64,000 bases of DNA from Eledone cirrhosa (taxonomy: Eukaryota), in contig OZ024751.1 of assembly GCA_964016885.1 (NCBI GenBank), positions 7,378,001 to 7,442,000 on the forward strand, given 5' to 3'. The notes under the pieces are model-generated. The model searched no databases. It was not told where the DNA came from and saw only the letters and a list, made by a program, of their open reading frames with translations. Below are positions 1 through 13,849 of this stretch, piece by piece; within the stretch, counting starts at the first letter, position 1, and every line of letters starts with the position of its first letter. Made by a program: the position numbers and the translations under genes.

Positions 1-201
1 TTTACCGGGCGATGGCAATGCTAAAAAATGACAGGCAGAAATGTGGCTCTTTAAACCAGCCAAAGACGTGCACCCTCAGGCATAAACATGGCAACTATAT
101 GCTCTTCTGTGACTTTCCATTGCTTGGTTCTGACTGTTTGTTCTCGTGTCTCTTTTAAAACCTCCCATACTTTCACATTCCTTGCCACATTCCTTACAAC
201 T

Positions 202-2330
202 TTACAGATCATAATCTATATGATGTCTCCTGATATGATTTTGTTCATGTCTAATCAAACCAGCTTTGCTCGAGCAGACTCGACCACAGTTCTGGCAAAC
301 CAGATGTTGCTCAACAGCAGGCGAATCAGAACAATACCTGTTCCACGCCTTCATTTTCAGTGTTAGGTCTTCTCTTAGACGAGTTTCAAAGTGTTCACTT
401 TGTTTTTTTCCCATTCGTCAGATGAAATTCCAGCGTAAGCCAAGGTGACCCGGACACAGTCCCGGTCCCGCATTTTTGTTTTTTTCTGGTGGTCGCCTTC
501 CTTCGCACAGTTCACCCTAGAGAAGTTGCTTTGGAATACAATCATCAGACATCCGAACCACGTGACCGCACCTCCTCAACCGATGCCGAAAGATCATGTT
601 CTCTATGCTCATGTACCTGCTCCGTTCGAGAAATTCCCCATCGCACCCCAAGTAACTTACGAAGAGATTTCTCGATTCTTAAGGATATTTCATCCTGAAG
701 TGTGCATGAATTGTTCATCGTACTACCAAGGTAAACACATTTGTCAGCAACTTGTAGCCCCTTTCTGTACACGTTCACACTTGGTGTAGTGTATTCTTTC
801 CCAGGTGCTGGCTGGTACACCGCAACAGTTTTTTCCAATCTTTTTGTGTGGTCCAATGAGCTGCAAGATGCAGAATAAGAGTTCATAAGATGCTGCATGT
901 CGCTTTGTGAGTGTGCAAAAAGATCTCAGTCATCTGCATACAAAAGCTGTCGGAGAAAAGATGTTAATACCTTCGTGCTTTCATCAAAGCGCCTGATATT
1001 GCAAAGCAACCTACCTGAAGTGCGATACCTGATCTAAAATCCATGCGAGTAATTTTTCATTATTTCCATGAGAAACGCTACCGTAACATATGAGGAAAAC
1101 AGAGTTGGAGCCGGAATGTCCCCCTGCTTCACTCCATTTCCTACTGATATTGGTGCAGAGATGGTACCACCAATAATGACCCAAGCCTTCATGTCAGCAT
1201 GGACAAACATACATAATTTTCACAAACTTTGGTGGGTATCAAAGTTTTTCCAAAACTGACAACAGCTCAGTTCGATTGACGTTGTCGGAAGCCTTTGGCA
1301 AGTCAACAAAGACCTGCAGAAAAGTTCATATCCACTGTTTCTTTTTCATTTCTAAACCCACACTGCGACTCAGGCAACACATTCAGAGCAGCCTTTGAGA
1401 TCAATCTACCCATAAAAATTCGACACATGACTTTACCAGCTACTGAAAGAAATGATATGCCACTATAATTGCCACATTTCTCTTTCTCACTCCATCATTT
1501 CCTTTATGGAGAATCACCATTAGCGCATCCTTCCAATCTTGTCGGACACTCATCTTTCCACACCTTTTTCAACACCAAATAGGTTTTTCCCTGCAAAAGC
1601 CACACCTACTTCCCTTTTGCATCCTGCTGCTCTGCCACTCCAGTAAAACGTGTAGCCACTGGACATCTCAATGATATGACTTTCTTAAAGTAACCTTGTT
1701 TCAGATAAAGCAACAATGTCCGTATTGTATTGTCTCAACTGTTTGGCAACAAGAGCTGATCTTCTTTCTGGTCGTGGCTCTGATTCTGAAGACACCCAAT
1801 CTAATAAGGTCCCGATGTTCCAGCAACCAATATTCAGAGGATTCTTCTTCTTCTTCTTCTTCTTCTTCTTCTTCTTCTTCTTCTTCTTCTTCTTCTTCTT
1901 CTTCTTCTTCTTCTTCTTCTTCTTCTTCTTCTTCTTCTTCTTCTTCTTCTTCTTCTCAGTGGCAGGATGACGACCGGACCCAGACCCCTTCACCATCAGT
2001 TCCAGAGCTCACATTGCCAATAATTCCTACATTATCATGGTACATCATTGAATATGTTTGCCTTTTGTGGCTACGGCCAGCCACAATGCAATAAATTATT
2101 TGTTCAAATCGATCAGGTGGAGAAAGCGTTGCACAGAACTAATACCATTCTGTCGGCATGAAGAGCATATGCCCAAAAAGAAGAACTGGTCAACATCATC
2201 GGGTGTCCTCGACACCGCAGGTGTTTATTCGGAGTTTCCTTCTCCTAAAGAAATGTTATAACAACAGCTGAGAGGGCATTTCACTCCCAGCGGGCTATTT
2301 GTGTGCATGGACGCCAACTGTGCGCACTAT
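202..2330 (-). mobile_element. Degenerate RTE-clade LINE (5' UTR, APE endonuclease N-terminus, RT, C-terminal C2H2 finger), internally deleted
   Basis: ORF 1685..1996 gives NPLNIGCWNIGTLLD...RPERRSALVAKQLRQYNTDIVALSETRL (RTE APE start); minus-strand LLYADD near 925-950; ORF 202..414 ends CQNCGRVCSSKAGLIRHEQNH; many frameshifts and stops. Confidence 0.9.
1842..1956. repeat. (TTC)n microsatellite inside the RTE element
   Basis: Pure ttc run; produces the poly-K/S/F ORF artefacts. Confidence 0.98.
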
Positions 2331-2471
2331 AAAAGAATTAAATGTATATACAATAGCACACTCTTATACATGAAAGATTTAAAGATTTAAAAAAAAAGTT
2401 TAAAAATGCAAAAGTTAAAAGAATAAAAAAAAATATGCATAAAGGTTTAAGTATGCAAACAGACACCCGGA

Positions 2472-2592
<121 letters not shown>

Positions 2593-2599
2593 ATTATAT

Positions 2600-3390
2600 A
2601 TAAACAGAAAAAATGAAACGAAATTTAATTTCCCACTCTTAGTACGGCTGTTACTTACATATAAGTATTTACACGTACCTACATATATGTATACAGACGT
2701 ACAGTAGTATGTATATATATATACATACATGCACACATATATATATGTACGTATGGATTCACCGAACATTTATTATAATGTTCGGTGTGTTTGTAAACAA
2801 ACATCGCGTATTAAGCCGTAGTGTCTAGCAACCATCGTTGCTCATGTGTTCAACACTGACAATCCATACGTACATATATTTATATGTGTACATGTATGGA
2901 TATTTATATACATACTACTGTACGTCTGTATACATATGTGTATGTACGTGTACATACTTATATTCAAGTAACAGCCGTACTAAGAGTGGGAAATGAAATT
3001 TCGTTTCATTTTTTCCGTTTATTATTTTCGGTGCACCCGGCCGATTAACCCACTCGATATGCAAATTGGGCTACTCAGCTGTTAATATGCATAAGGTAAG
3101 TATATACGTTCAACGATCTGGCAGGAAGGTATACATTGCTGACGATAGCTAATAAGCTTGAAACTAGTACAATGTTCCTTTGTCAGTGTTGAACAAACGA
3201 GCAACGATGGTTGCTAGACACTACGGCTTAATACGGGATGTTTGTTTACAAACACACCGAGCATTATAATAAATGTTCGGTGAATCCATACGTACATATA
3301 TATATGTGTGCATGTATGTATATATATATATATATACATACTACTGTACGTCTGTATACATATATGTATGTACGTGTACATACTTATATA
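2600..3390. mobile_element. Retrozyme-like family A (about 434-nt unit), inverted partial copy plus more than one unit forward
   Basis: Same sequence as at 13.9k, 24.6k, 33.7k and 60.7k; strand switch near 2862; TA-flanked; contains an HHR. Confidence 0.85.
3133..3175 (+). ncRNA. Type I hammerhead ribozyme, family A
   Basis: ACAUUG-CUGACGA-UAGCU aaua AGCUU-GAAA-CUA-GUA-CAAUGU; stem I 6 bp, stem II AGCU/AGCU, palindromic stem III ACUAGU. Confidence 0.9.
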
Positions 3391-4085
3391 TAATTATATA
3401 TACTTATATATATATACACATATATAAGACTCTTTTCCTACGATACCAATCGTAAAACTAATAATATAACTCTTCATTGTACTGTGTCGCTTGTTTGTTA
3501 TTTTTGTTTGCCTTTTGTGTGTGTATATATATATATATACGAGTGTGTATGTGTGTATATGTGTGTGTATATATGTGTGTGTGTATATACATGTGTGTGT
3601 GTACATATATGTGTGTTCGTGTATATATATATATATATATATGTATGTATATATGTGTGTGTGTATATATATATGTGTGTGTGTGTATATATATGTGTGT
3701 TCGTGTATATATATATATATATGTGTGTGTATGTATATATGTGTGTATGTATATATGTGTGTGTGTGTGTGTATGTGTGTATGTATATATCACATCAAAC
3801 CTTCGCTAAATAGAGTAGCATTTTATCGATTCTGTCAGCTGCTTTTTCTCTGTTTTACAATTTGGTGACATTATTGCTAGTACTATACTAGAGAACGAAC
3901 TGTATAGTGCGGCTATATAGCAGTCACTAATGACTACTGCTGCTGCTGTTATGCTAATACTAACATCAACACCGTTACTGCTACTTCTACTACAACTGAT
4001 ATTGTAGATAATTGAGATAGTGTTTTACTGCTACACTTAACAACAGATCATACATTATTTCCCATGCTTGTTTTTGCAGTAGTTT

Positions 4086-4790
4086 TTGCAGCTGCTACTG
4101 CTGCTGCTGTTTCTGCTAGTGGTGGCGTTAGTGATGTTGTTGGTTGATGTTGGTGCTAGTGATGGTATTGGTGATGTTGGTGCTAGTGATGGTGTTGTTG
4201 TTTTTTATGGTGATGGTGGTGTTAGTTATGGCGTTGGTGATGTTGGTGCTAGTGATGGTGTTGTTGTTTTTTATGGTGATGGTGGTGTTAGTGATGTTGT
4301 TGTTGTTTTTTATGGTGATGGTGATGCTGGTGTAAGTGATGTTGGTGACGGTGGTGTTGTTTTTGATGCTGTAAGGTGATGGTGGTGGTGTTGGTGATGG
4401 TGGTGGTAGTGATGTTGGTGATGAAGGTGTTCTTTTTGGTGGTGTTGATGATGGTGTTGCTGTTGTACGTGATGGTGGTGCTTGTAGTACTGGTGTTGGT
4501 TTGGGTATGGAGGTAGTTTTGTTGGCGTTGGTAGAGTGAGCATGGTGGTTGTGCTGCTGGTATTGGTGGAGGAGGTGTTGGTAGTGGTGGTGGTGTGATA
4601 GTGATGGTGATGGTGGTAGGGATGTTGGTGCTTTTAGACGGAGCATGGTGGTTATGGTGCTGTTATTGGTGGAGTTGGTGATGGTGACGGTTGTGTTAAT
4701 GGAGTGAGCATGGTGTTTATGCTGCTGGTATTGTTAGAGGTGGCAGTGGTGAGTGTGATGGGGAAGGTGGTGCTGGTATTGGTGATGGTC
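4086..4790. repeat. Degenerate (GGT/GAT/GTT)n low-complexity tract with an internal 57-bp tandem unit
   Basis: ttggtgatgttggtgctagtgatggtgttgttgttttttatggtgatggtggtgttag recurs at about 4168 and 4225. Confidence 0.9.
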
Positions 4791-5010
4791 TTATTGTTAC
4801 TGATTCATCTGAAACTGTCCTTTCTCCATTTTACCACTCTATGTTCATTAGTTTTCTTGCTGTTGTTCTTGTTGTTTTAGTCGTTGCTCTTCTTGTTTTC
4901 CTTTTTTGTATTTTCCTTCTTTTATTGTTTTTGTTTTTCTTTCTCTTCTCAAACCCCCACCCCTATTTTACCTCATCCTACTCCTCATCCCTCCCACGCC
5001 TGCTGCTCTT

Positions 5011-5086
<76 letters not shown>

Positions 5087-5925
5087 CACACACACGTTCT
5101 TTAGCTACTTACATGCTGTAACGATTAATTTGATTTTTTCTATTGCTTATAGTGTTGCCAATATTTTTTTTATATTATGACATATATCTTCTATGTTCTT
5201 TTAGTTACAATAGTTATTACAAAGATGCAGATGTTATTGTTGCAATATCTATATTCTTGTCATTCAATGCTGCTTGTGTGTATTTCCTTGTAATGTGTAC
5301 TTTCAGATGTTCTTTTATTGGTCATAATCTTTTTCTTCATATTAGCATAGATATACCTGATAGTGCTCTGAAATACTGTTACAGAAGCTGGTCTTGATTA
5401 TGTAGATGATATTAATATTGGATGTACCTTTATATTGCTATCTGATATCGTCTCTAAATGTTTTAGAGATATAGTTTCTGCTCTTTTTACTCCTATTGCT
5501 GATGGAGTTAATGTCCTCTCTCAGGTTTTTAAACATATTTCCAAACAACAAATTATATTGCAATATAAAATATCGATTACGCACATTGACATAACTTTCA
5601 TAATTATGAAGGTGGATATGGCTTGGAACCGGTTATTTCTATTAATTTGAATCAAACACGTAACAGAACAGTTACTTATGCATTTGATATCGTATATAAG
5701 GGTAGAATACTAGAACGAATTGTTCTAGATATGAAGTGAAGAAATATAGACAGTCAAAGAAATAAACATTTTACAGTGAATCTATGTCTAGTCATAAAAT
5801 TTATGTTATTCACAAATCTCGAACAGTATAACTTTTCAGTACAGGATAACCTTATCATGATTTCTGTGAATTGTGTAATAATTGATGTAACACCAAAACA
5901 TATTTTGTTGTATCTTCACATCAGT

Positions 5926-6059
<134 letters not shown>

Positions 6060-6074
6060 TGTGTGTGTGTGTGT

Positions 6075-6732
6075 GTTAGGATTGGAGCTCTTAAATAGCG
6101 ATGGATGTATACATAGTATAGTATATCTATGGTATATTTGGCAATATACCGTATGTTTAATTTAAAACATTTTGAAGAACTCATTTTTAAAGTAGTGACT
6201 ATGTCACTTACTTCTTTTTTCGGCATAAGAATCCAACCTCTATAATTTTCGCCAAAGGCGGGCAGTACGTTGCTCTGAGGATCGCCAACAGCGTGAAACA
6301 GACTCTGTTAGCTTTTCTGCATTCTTTTGCCGAAAAAAGTAGTAAGTGACATAGTCACTACTTTAAAAATTATACCGCAAGGTCTTTAAAGTGTTTTAAA
6401 TTAAACATACGGTATATTGCCAAATATACTATACATACATTCATGTATACATGGCTATTTCAGAGCACCAATCCTAATACCTAATGTTTGCTGGACCGGC
6501 AATCGCTCGGTATATTCAGCTCCTGATTATTACTGGAATTCTATAAGAATCCAGCCACTATAATTGTCGTTGCTCTGAGGATCGCCAACAGCGTGAAACA
6601 GACTATGTTAGCTTCTCTCCCTTCTTTTGCAGAAAAAAGAAGTGACATAGTCACTACTTTAAAAATGATAGCGCAAGGTCTTCAAAATGTTTTTAATGAA
6701 ACAGGTATATTGCCAAATATACTATATATACA

Positions 6733-6740
<8 letters not shown>
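6075..6740. mobile_element. Retrozyme-like family B' (300-nt tandem unit) with inverted 5' fragment
   Basis: HHR cores at 6275 and 6575 (period 300); 6075-6225 is the reverse complement of part of the unit; related to the 8.7k and 14.7k repeats. Confidence 0.8.
6271..6313 (+). ncRNA. Hammerhead ribozyme (family B'); second copy at 6571..6613
   Basis: GCU-CUGAGGA-UCGC caaca GCGU-GAAACAG acu CUGUU-AGC; short stem I. Confidence 0.72.
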
Positions 6741-6807
<67 letters not shown>

Positions 6808-6809
<2 letters not shown>

Positions 6810-7960
6810 GAGAAGATGAATACAATTCCGTTTGTGTAGGTCAAACAGATTATGTTTGAGTTGAATGCGCAAACGAAATGGGGAAGGTTGCTTACCAACA
6901 TTCTTTCTCTGCGTTTTCCTTAGAGTTGTGTATCATAGTTATCCACATTCCCTCTCGTTCCTTATGGTGTTGGTTGTTTCATTCTCTAATTGTGTAATCC
7001 TGAAGAAGCAAATGTTCTCTGGGTTGGTCAGTCTACTGATACCTCCGCTATCAGTGATGTCCACTCTGAAGTCGAGAAGAGGCAGGGATCCGAAGTTAGA
7101 GGGATGTTATACACCGAACCTGCTGTTTTCGTTAGCGTTGTTGAACGACTCGACTAAACGTTTGGCATTGTAGCGGGAAGATGTGAAGAGGAGGATATAT
7201 CATCCACATGTCAAGTGAAGAATGCGCATGATTTTCAGGTACTAAACAATCGACGTTTGAGTCGTTTCATGTAAGGGATTTCCATAAGTCCGAGTTGCTG
7301 AATCCCTTGGGCAATTCTGAAGTCTGTTGGTATGTGTAGGCAAACAACCTACAAAAGGGGTTGTTGACAACAAATGAAAAGAGCTGGTGGATTTCAGTGA
7401 TGCTGAGGTCAAAGGAATGTAGGTCTCTCCACAGATGCACTCGGCTCGTATGTCTACAGCCGGGGGCTCAGTTACCGAGATGTATGGACTGAAGGCTTAC
7501 ATATTGTATTTGCAGGTGTTGGATTCTAGTGGTTTAGGCGTTGGATTACTTCTCTCGAGCTATGACGTGTCTCGAGAAGTTTGTCAACTGGGATTTTAGA
7601 TCTTGGACAAAATCTCTGAAATTTCATATGAAGATGTATATATTTCCACTCTGTAAAAAGGGGCTTGATTTTTAGGCCCGCCCTAGTTTGTGGGTTTTAG
7701 TAAGATGGAGTAATGATATCGTCCAGTGTTTCTTTGAATGAAGTTGTACAGGAATTTGTTAGGTAGCTTTCGACAGTCACAGATGTTGGTACATATGACG
7801 TTGGTCCGACACTCGATCAGTGAGTGTGTGATTCCAAAGATTTTGGAGTAGAGACCGCTGTCATTAAGATGTAGGTTCCCACTGGTGATGACTCAGACAT
7901 GTTTTCTCTGGTGGGAGGGGAGGAATGTGAGGTTCTTTGATCTTAATTTTCTTAGAGTGG
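6808..7960 (-). pseudogene. Highly degenerate reverse-transcriptase relic, probably Penelope-like
   Basis: Minus-strand HVDD (7196-7210) followed by LPLLDFRVDI (about 7055-7090), resembling PLE YVDD and LPFLD motifs; no intact ORF. Confidence 0.5.
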
Positions 7961-8631
7961 CGACTTGCGGTAGGGTGTATGCGTCTGTGTGTGAGTTTTC
8001 ACGTATACTGCGAAAAGTGTGTTTGAGTCGAATTGTTTATGTAATAGAACTAAGATTCTAAAATATTTACTACAGGAAAATGCATTATAACAGCGATATG
8101 AAGCAAGGAAGCCCATATGGTTTCTCCTCATGCTAGACATGGCAATAAAATGCGTTTCAGAACAAACCATACTGCCTCAAATAAATAGATACGTTGTTAA
8201 ATGCTGATTTCACAAAGGATTCGTATATTGGGCAATATTGATTTAGATATATTGTCATAGAAATTTCTTTGTTTGTCCAAAATAGACAGATGGTTAACAC
8301 ACATGAAGGCGGAAGATACTCTGAACATGATTGCTTTCGTATGTGTACCTATTGTATGTGTATATATATATAGAGAAAATGGTAAACGAACGATCAGTGA
8401 TACATCGGAACTCAATTTAGTGTGTGTTACAATTGTTTCCCCGGCAAACAGTTCGAGGTGCGATCTGTGTGTGGATCGACCTCACTCTGGACTCGCAGGT
8501 TCCTCGGACACGTCTATTGATTTCGGAGCATATCCTCTTTATTATATATATATATGAAATAAGTAGGTACGGGATGTGAGCGTTTCATCGTTGTGTTTAT
8601 TCATGTGTGATGTGGGTTTCGCGTGTGATTA

Positions 8632-8689
<58 letters not shown>

Positions 8690-8694
<5 letters not shown>

Positions 8695-9285
8695 TGTATA
8701 TATAGTGTATTTTGCAATACCCTGTATGCTTAATTAAAAGCATTTTGAAGACCATGCGCTAATGTTTTCAAGTAGCGACATTGTCGCTTACATAAGTTTT
8801 CGGCAGACAGGGGGAGATAAGTTGACAGCGCTGTTTCGTACTAATTATGTGTTGGATTCTTATAGAATTCCAGTAACAATCAGAAACTGATTTTACAGAA
8901 CGGTCCCACGCCCAGCAGGAATTGAAAATTAGAATTGGTGCTCTGAAATAGCGATATATATATATGAATGTATACATATTGTATTTTACAATACATTGTA
9001 TGTTTAATAAAAATGACTGTTACTGGAATTCTATAAGAATCCAACATACATAATTTTCGGCAGACGGGGAATGTAGTGAGTTTTGATAAGTACCAACAAG
9101 TACGAAACAGCGCTGTCAACTTATCTCCCGCTGTCTGCCGAAAATTTATGTAAGCGACAATGTCGCTACTTTAAAACAATAGCGTATGCTCTTCAAAATA
9201 CTTTTAATTAAGCATACAGTGTATTAGAAAATACACTATATATATATTCATATATATATCGCTATTTCAGAGCAGCAATTCTAAT
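8690..9285. mobile_element. Retrozyme-like family B, head-to-head inverted copies
   Basis: 8690-9010 minus and 9015-9285 plus orientation of the same unit, between TA tracts. Confidence 0.8.
9078..9122 (+). ncRNA. Hammerhead ribozyme with U3-A8 core (family B)
   Basis: GAGUU-UUGAUAA-GUAC caacaa GUAC-GAAACAGCGCUGUC-AACUU; GUC cleavage triplet. Confidence 0.85.
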
Positions 9286-9290
9286 ATATA

Positions 9291-9349
<59 letters not shown>

Positions 9350-10369
9350 GATAGTGTGTAAAAATGGCAACAAAGAACATCTAATTCCAGTAAACGTTTT
9401 AAATGTTTTATCTTAAATAAAGTGTCTTTCGTTCGGAAGAAACAAAGCATTTTAAACTCCAATTCAGAATATTCCACTTTGTTGAACTGAATATAAACAC
9501 TCAATGGGCAACAATCATATTAATAAAAATATCCGAATAAATTGACTGGCAGCTTAATGTAGTAGCATGAATTAATTGAAATACATTAATATGCAAATTG
9601 AATACTTGCATTAATCTCCCATCATGAAATGTCAATTATTCAGTGTTGACTATTGATTTTACTTTGTCCTAATATCCGTGACTTCGATTGTCATCAATAT
9701 CATATAATGATCGACTTCGATGAATTTCCAGACTGTCTTACACTTGACATACACAAAATACTGACATGTTTCTATTAATTTAAGTCAAAGTTGAACACTG
9801 CGGGATGTGTTATCTGAGTAATCCATGTTCCTAATTTAACAGAATATTCGTTTCATTGTGGAGAATTGTGCAAACTATTTCTTCTCTTTGACAGAATGGA
9901 TGAAACTATTAACCTTCAATTGTGCTAGAGTTAAGTTAGTGTCAATATATTTAAGCACGAAATATCAGAGTTATTTTGAAATAATCATGCTGTGAAAAAG
10001 GAAAACAAATCAATATGTTCCTGTCTTCACTATTATGAGAGACATCTTCTTGACCCGTTTAACGATAATGACCTCTTCGAATAATGTTAATATATAACAC
10101 GCTAGGTCACGCCTTATATATTTTTTCGCTTGGTTACTATTTTCAAATCAAGCTGAACAGAGGAAGCACTAGCCCTGATGAGAGAGGAGAATATGCATTG
10201 GTTTATATTTTAAAGAAATAGCCATTTCCTCCAACATACGTTGAGACCTAAATCATACACATTTCTTCAAATTCTGAATTTAATGTTTAAAACATGAGAC
10301 CAAGTTATGTTACTTACATACACACGCATAGATGCATACATTCACATACACACACACGGAAACACACAC

Positions 10370-10475
<106 letters not shown>

Positions 10476-10477
10476 TA

Positions 10478-10835
10478 TACTTGGAGATGGTCATGTTGCC
10501 AGTATTGTCAATAAAAAATAAATACGCACCACATGGATTTCACGTGATCTTTATTGCTCGTTATTCATTTGTTAGTCAAAGTACTTTCATCATACATTCT
10601 GGGACATCTATAAGGTTTGAAAGAAGAGGAGACACAGAAGAGAACATAAGTGATTAAAGAGGTCATAGATCGTGTGACAAAGAATTTTGACAAACGAGTG
10701 ATTAACGACCAAAACACAATCAAGTGAATTTCACGTGCTGCGTTTTCCTTTTTAATGTAAATACTGGCAACATGACCCTCCCCATATATAACAACAACGG
10801 TGTCAACACACGATTTCACACCAATAATCTTGCAG
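10478..10835. mobile_element. Diverged fold-back copy of family D (PLE terminal-repeat-like)
   Basis: ggtcatgttgccagtatt (10489) is inverted at aatactggcaacatgacc (10760); decayed HHR aagaggtca...gtgacaaagaattttgaca. Confidence 0.6.
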
Positions 10836-10974
10836 GATATATATATATATATATGTGCGTGTGTGCGTGCGTGTGTGTGTGTCTGTGACTCTGTACGTGT
10901 CGGTGTGTGTCCGTGAAGTCTCTTCCCTGGTTCAATCAGACGTACCCAGAGTAAGTACAGTACTGAATATATTA

Positions 10975-11140
10975 ATTGGTTCTACTTTTGACACAAGGCC
11001 ACCAATTACTCAGTGCATTACTGGTACTTTATTTTATGGACCCCGTAAAGATAAAAGACAAATTTAACATCGGCGGCATTTGAACTGAGAATGGCAAGGG
11101 CCGTAAATCTATGTGTTAAAGCATAGCGTCTGACCCTCTA
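10975..11140 (-). mobile_element. tRNA-derived SINE (octopus-type)
   Basis: Reverse complement of the SINE at 16.2k and 50.4k (B-box-like agttcaaatgccgcc; ataaaataaagtaccag). Confidence 0.75.
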
Positions 11141-11499
11141 CCGGAAATTTATAAAATTTATATTTATAAAATTTATAAAATTTATAATAAATTGAAGTGG
11201 AAAGCATCTGGTGCGTGTGTTTATATATGAGGACATATAGAAAAAAGGAAAGAATAGAGTAACAATTCTACAGGGATTTTTGGAGTAAAACATCAAAACT
11301 TTTATTTAAAAAGAAGGGATTTCCGCATTTAATTGTGTACAGTTTTCAGCTTTATATGATTTATGGACGGCAGTTAAATTGCATATTAATACAAATAATA
11401 ATAAATTGGAGAGAAAAATGTTTTAGTTTTTACATACATATTTAGGTAGGAATGTTCATATTTTTGTCCATAGTATGTGTATATATATATATATATATA

Positions 11500-12498
11500 T
11501 ACGTAGTTAAGAAAGCCACAACAATGCAGAGGGAAATCTCGAGGTAGGAAGTAAATGATAGATAGGAGAAACAGGTGAAAGTGAGAATTGAGAGAGACAA
11601 AGATGAAAACAAAACAAAGGTAGAAGGGTTACCGTAGTGGAGATTTAATCCCAATATTTCGGGCTCACGCCATCAACGGGGGAAAGTTCCCAAAGAGGGG
11701 GAAGAAACAGGCCAAGCGGAGAAAGTTGTGATGTCGTTAAGACAGGAATGCCGTTATGGGGAGAAAATTATTTAAAATTTAAACGAGGGAAAGAATGCGC
11801 GTGCGCGTGATAGGCTGTGGCAAAAGCTACTGACCAAATGGGTTAAATCAAGAGGGTGCGCTAGCGTGTGAAAGCCGTAAAATATGTGTGTGTAAATATA
11901 TATGTGTGTGTAACTGTGTGTGTATAAGTGTAAGTGTGTATATGTGTGAGTGTGTGTGTGTGTGAAAGATAGTGGGCTGTAGAAGCTGGAAATCAAAGGG
12001 TGTGAAAGGTGGTAGGTAGTAAAAACATGTGTGCGTGTATAAATATAGATGTGTGTGTGTAAGCGTATGGGTAAACATGTGTGTGTAACTGTGTGTGTAT
12101 ATGTGTGAGTGCGTGTGTGTGTGAAAGATAGTGGGCTGTAGAAGCTGAAATCAAAGGGTGTGAAAGGTGGTAGGTTGTAAAAACATGTGTGCGTGTATAA
12201 ATATATATGTGTGTGTGTATGCGTATGGGTATGCATATACGTGCGTGTGTGTGAAGATAGCAGGTCGTAGGCTGTGAATGGTCACTATGGTTAAGTTAGC
12301 CATGTCAGCTCATTTTTCTCAGCCCGGTTGTTAAGTGGGGGTCTGAGGTTCTTAATAACAAGTGCTTCCTTTATCCTTAAGGATCCGATGCTGCGTTCAG
12401 TCGCTAGGACTGTGACCAAGGGTCTACCCTGTGGGTTTCCGCATTTAAGGATGTGTTTACGGAAGTCCTAGCGACTGAACGCAGCATCGGATCCTTAA
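11500..12498 (-). mobile_element. 5'-truncated Penelope-like element: GIY-YIG C-terminus plus 3' UTR, with a short inverted cap
   Basis: Minus 12300-12465 reads FRKHILKCGNPQGRPLVTVLATERSIGSLRIKEALVIKNLRPPLNNR; 12466-12498 is an inverted copy of about 12376-12411; about 160-bp tandem duplication in the UTR. Confidence 0.65.
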
Positions 12499-12499
12499 A

Positions 12500-13145
12500 T
12501 GGGTTAAATAACAACCTTATTCGAGTGGCGCGGTAAGGTATTGTCAGCCATTGAAAAGAAATATGGAGAGTTGATCTAACAGCACTAGGGTTAGAGCCCC
12601 TAATTACACTGACAAGGAGCAGCCTTATCGTTATGACTCTGCTGGCTTAGAGCCACAGACAGGGCCAGTGGATGATGGATCAGCTGTCTCTGAAACAAAT
12701 ATAAAGAATGCAGTTTTGTCCTGCAGAAGAGCCATCAAAATTGGCATTTGAATGTGAGAACTATTCGGACGCTGGAGAAGAGAGAGGAGTTGGGACATCT
12801 GTTCGAGGAGTGTGGTATACAGATCCAAGAACACAGGATTCTACACGATGAGCCCGTGAGGAGTGTGATGATCGGGAGGAAGAGCCAGCTCATCACTACA
12901 TCGGCAGTGAAGAACACAACAAATGCTGCAGTAGGAGGAGTGGGTTTTGTGTTCAGTGCAAAAACCAATCTGTTGGTGAGGGAAATAATGCCTATCTCCC
13001 CGCGAGTGTTGAGGGTGACCTTCAATGGAAACCCAAGACTGACAGTCAACTCAGCCTATAGTCCAACCGGGGGGGGGGGGACAGTGATGTGAATGCGGAA
13101 GAGTTCCATGAGGAGGTGTGTAGAGCTGTCAACACCACTCAGGCA
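12500..13145 (+). mobile_element. RTE-group LINE 5' part (UTR plus APE endonuclease fragment)
   Basis: NVRTIRTLEKREEL...IQEHRILH...GGVGFVFS...[25 protein letters not shown]; ends in a TA tract. Confidence 0.85.
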
Positions 13146-13149
13146 CACA

Positions 13150-13180
<31 letters not shown>

Positions 13181-13354
13181 AGTATATATATATGTTGATA
13201 TATATATATATATGTATATATATATATGTATATATATGTATATATATGTATATATATATGTATATATGTATCTACATATGTATATATATATGTATATTTA
13301 TATATTTATATGTATATATATATATATATATGTATATATATGTATATATATATG

Positions 13355-13386
<32 letters not shown>

Positions 13387-13396
13387 CATATATATG

Positions 13397-13440
<44 letters not shown>

Positions 13441-13698
13441 TGTATATATATATATATGTATATACCGATATCTGCATTGCTTTATTGTACTACAATAAAA
13501 CTCACCTCCTACATATATATATATATATATATACTTATATGTATATATATATATATTTATATGCATATATATATATATACATATATATATACATATATAA
13601 ATATATATATATATATATGCATATATATATATTTATATATACATATATATATATACATATATACTTATATATATATATATACAAATATATATACATAA

Positions 13699-13775
<77 letters not shown>

Positions 13776-13790
13776 ACATATATCTATATC

Positions 13791-13822
<32 letters not shown>

Positions 13823-13849
13823 CATATATATATAAACGTAAATATGTAA

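Noticed and set aside
4128-4646. Mucin-like or His-rich ORFs
   Set aside because: Products of a degenerate trinucleotide repeat that is open in several frames.
10170-10250. ctgatga followed by a GAGGA/TCCTC stem
   Set aside because: GAAA is replaced by caac and stem I does not pair convincingly; at best a very decayed HHR.
9340-10300. Unique sequence with a possible splice acceptor (ttcttctctttgacag near 9895)
   Set aside because: No matching donor or coding signal that I can support without transcript data.
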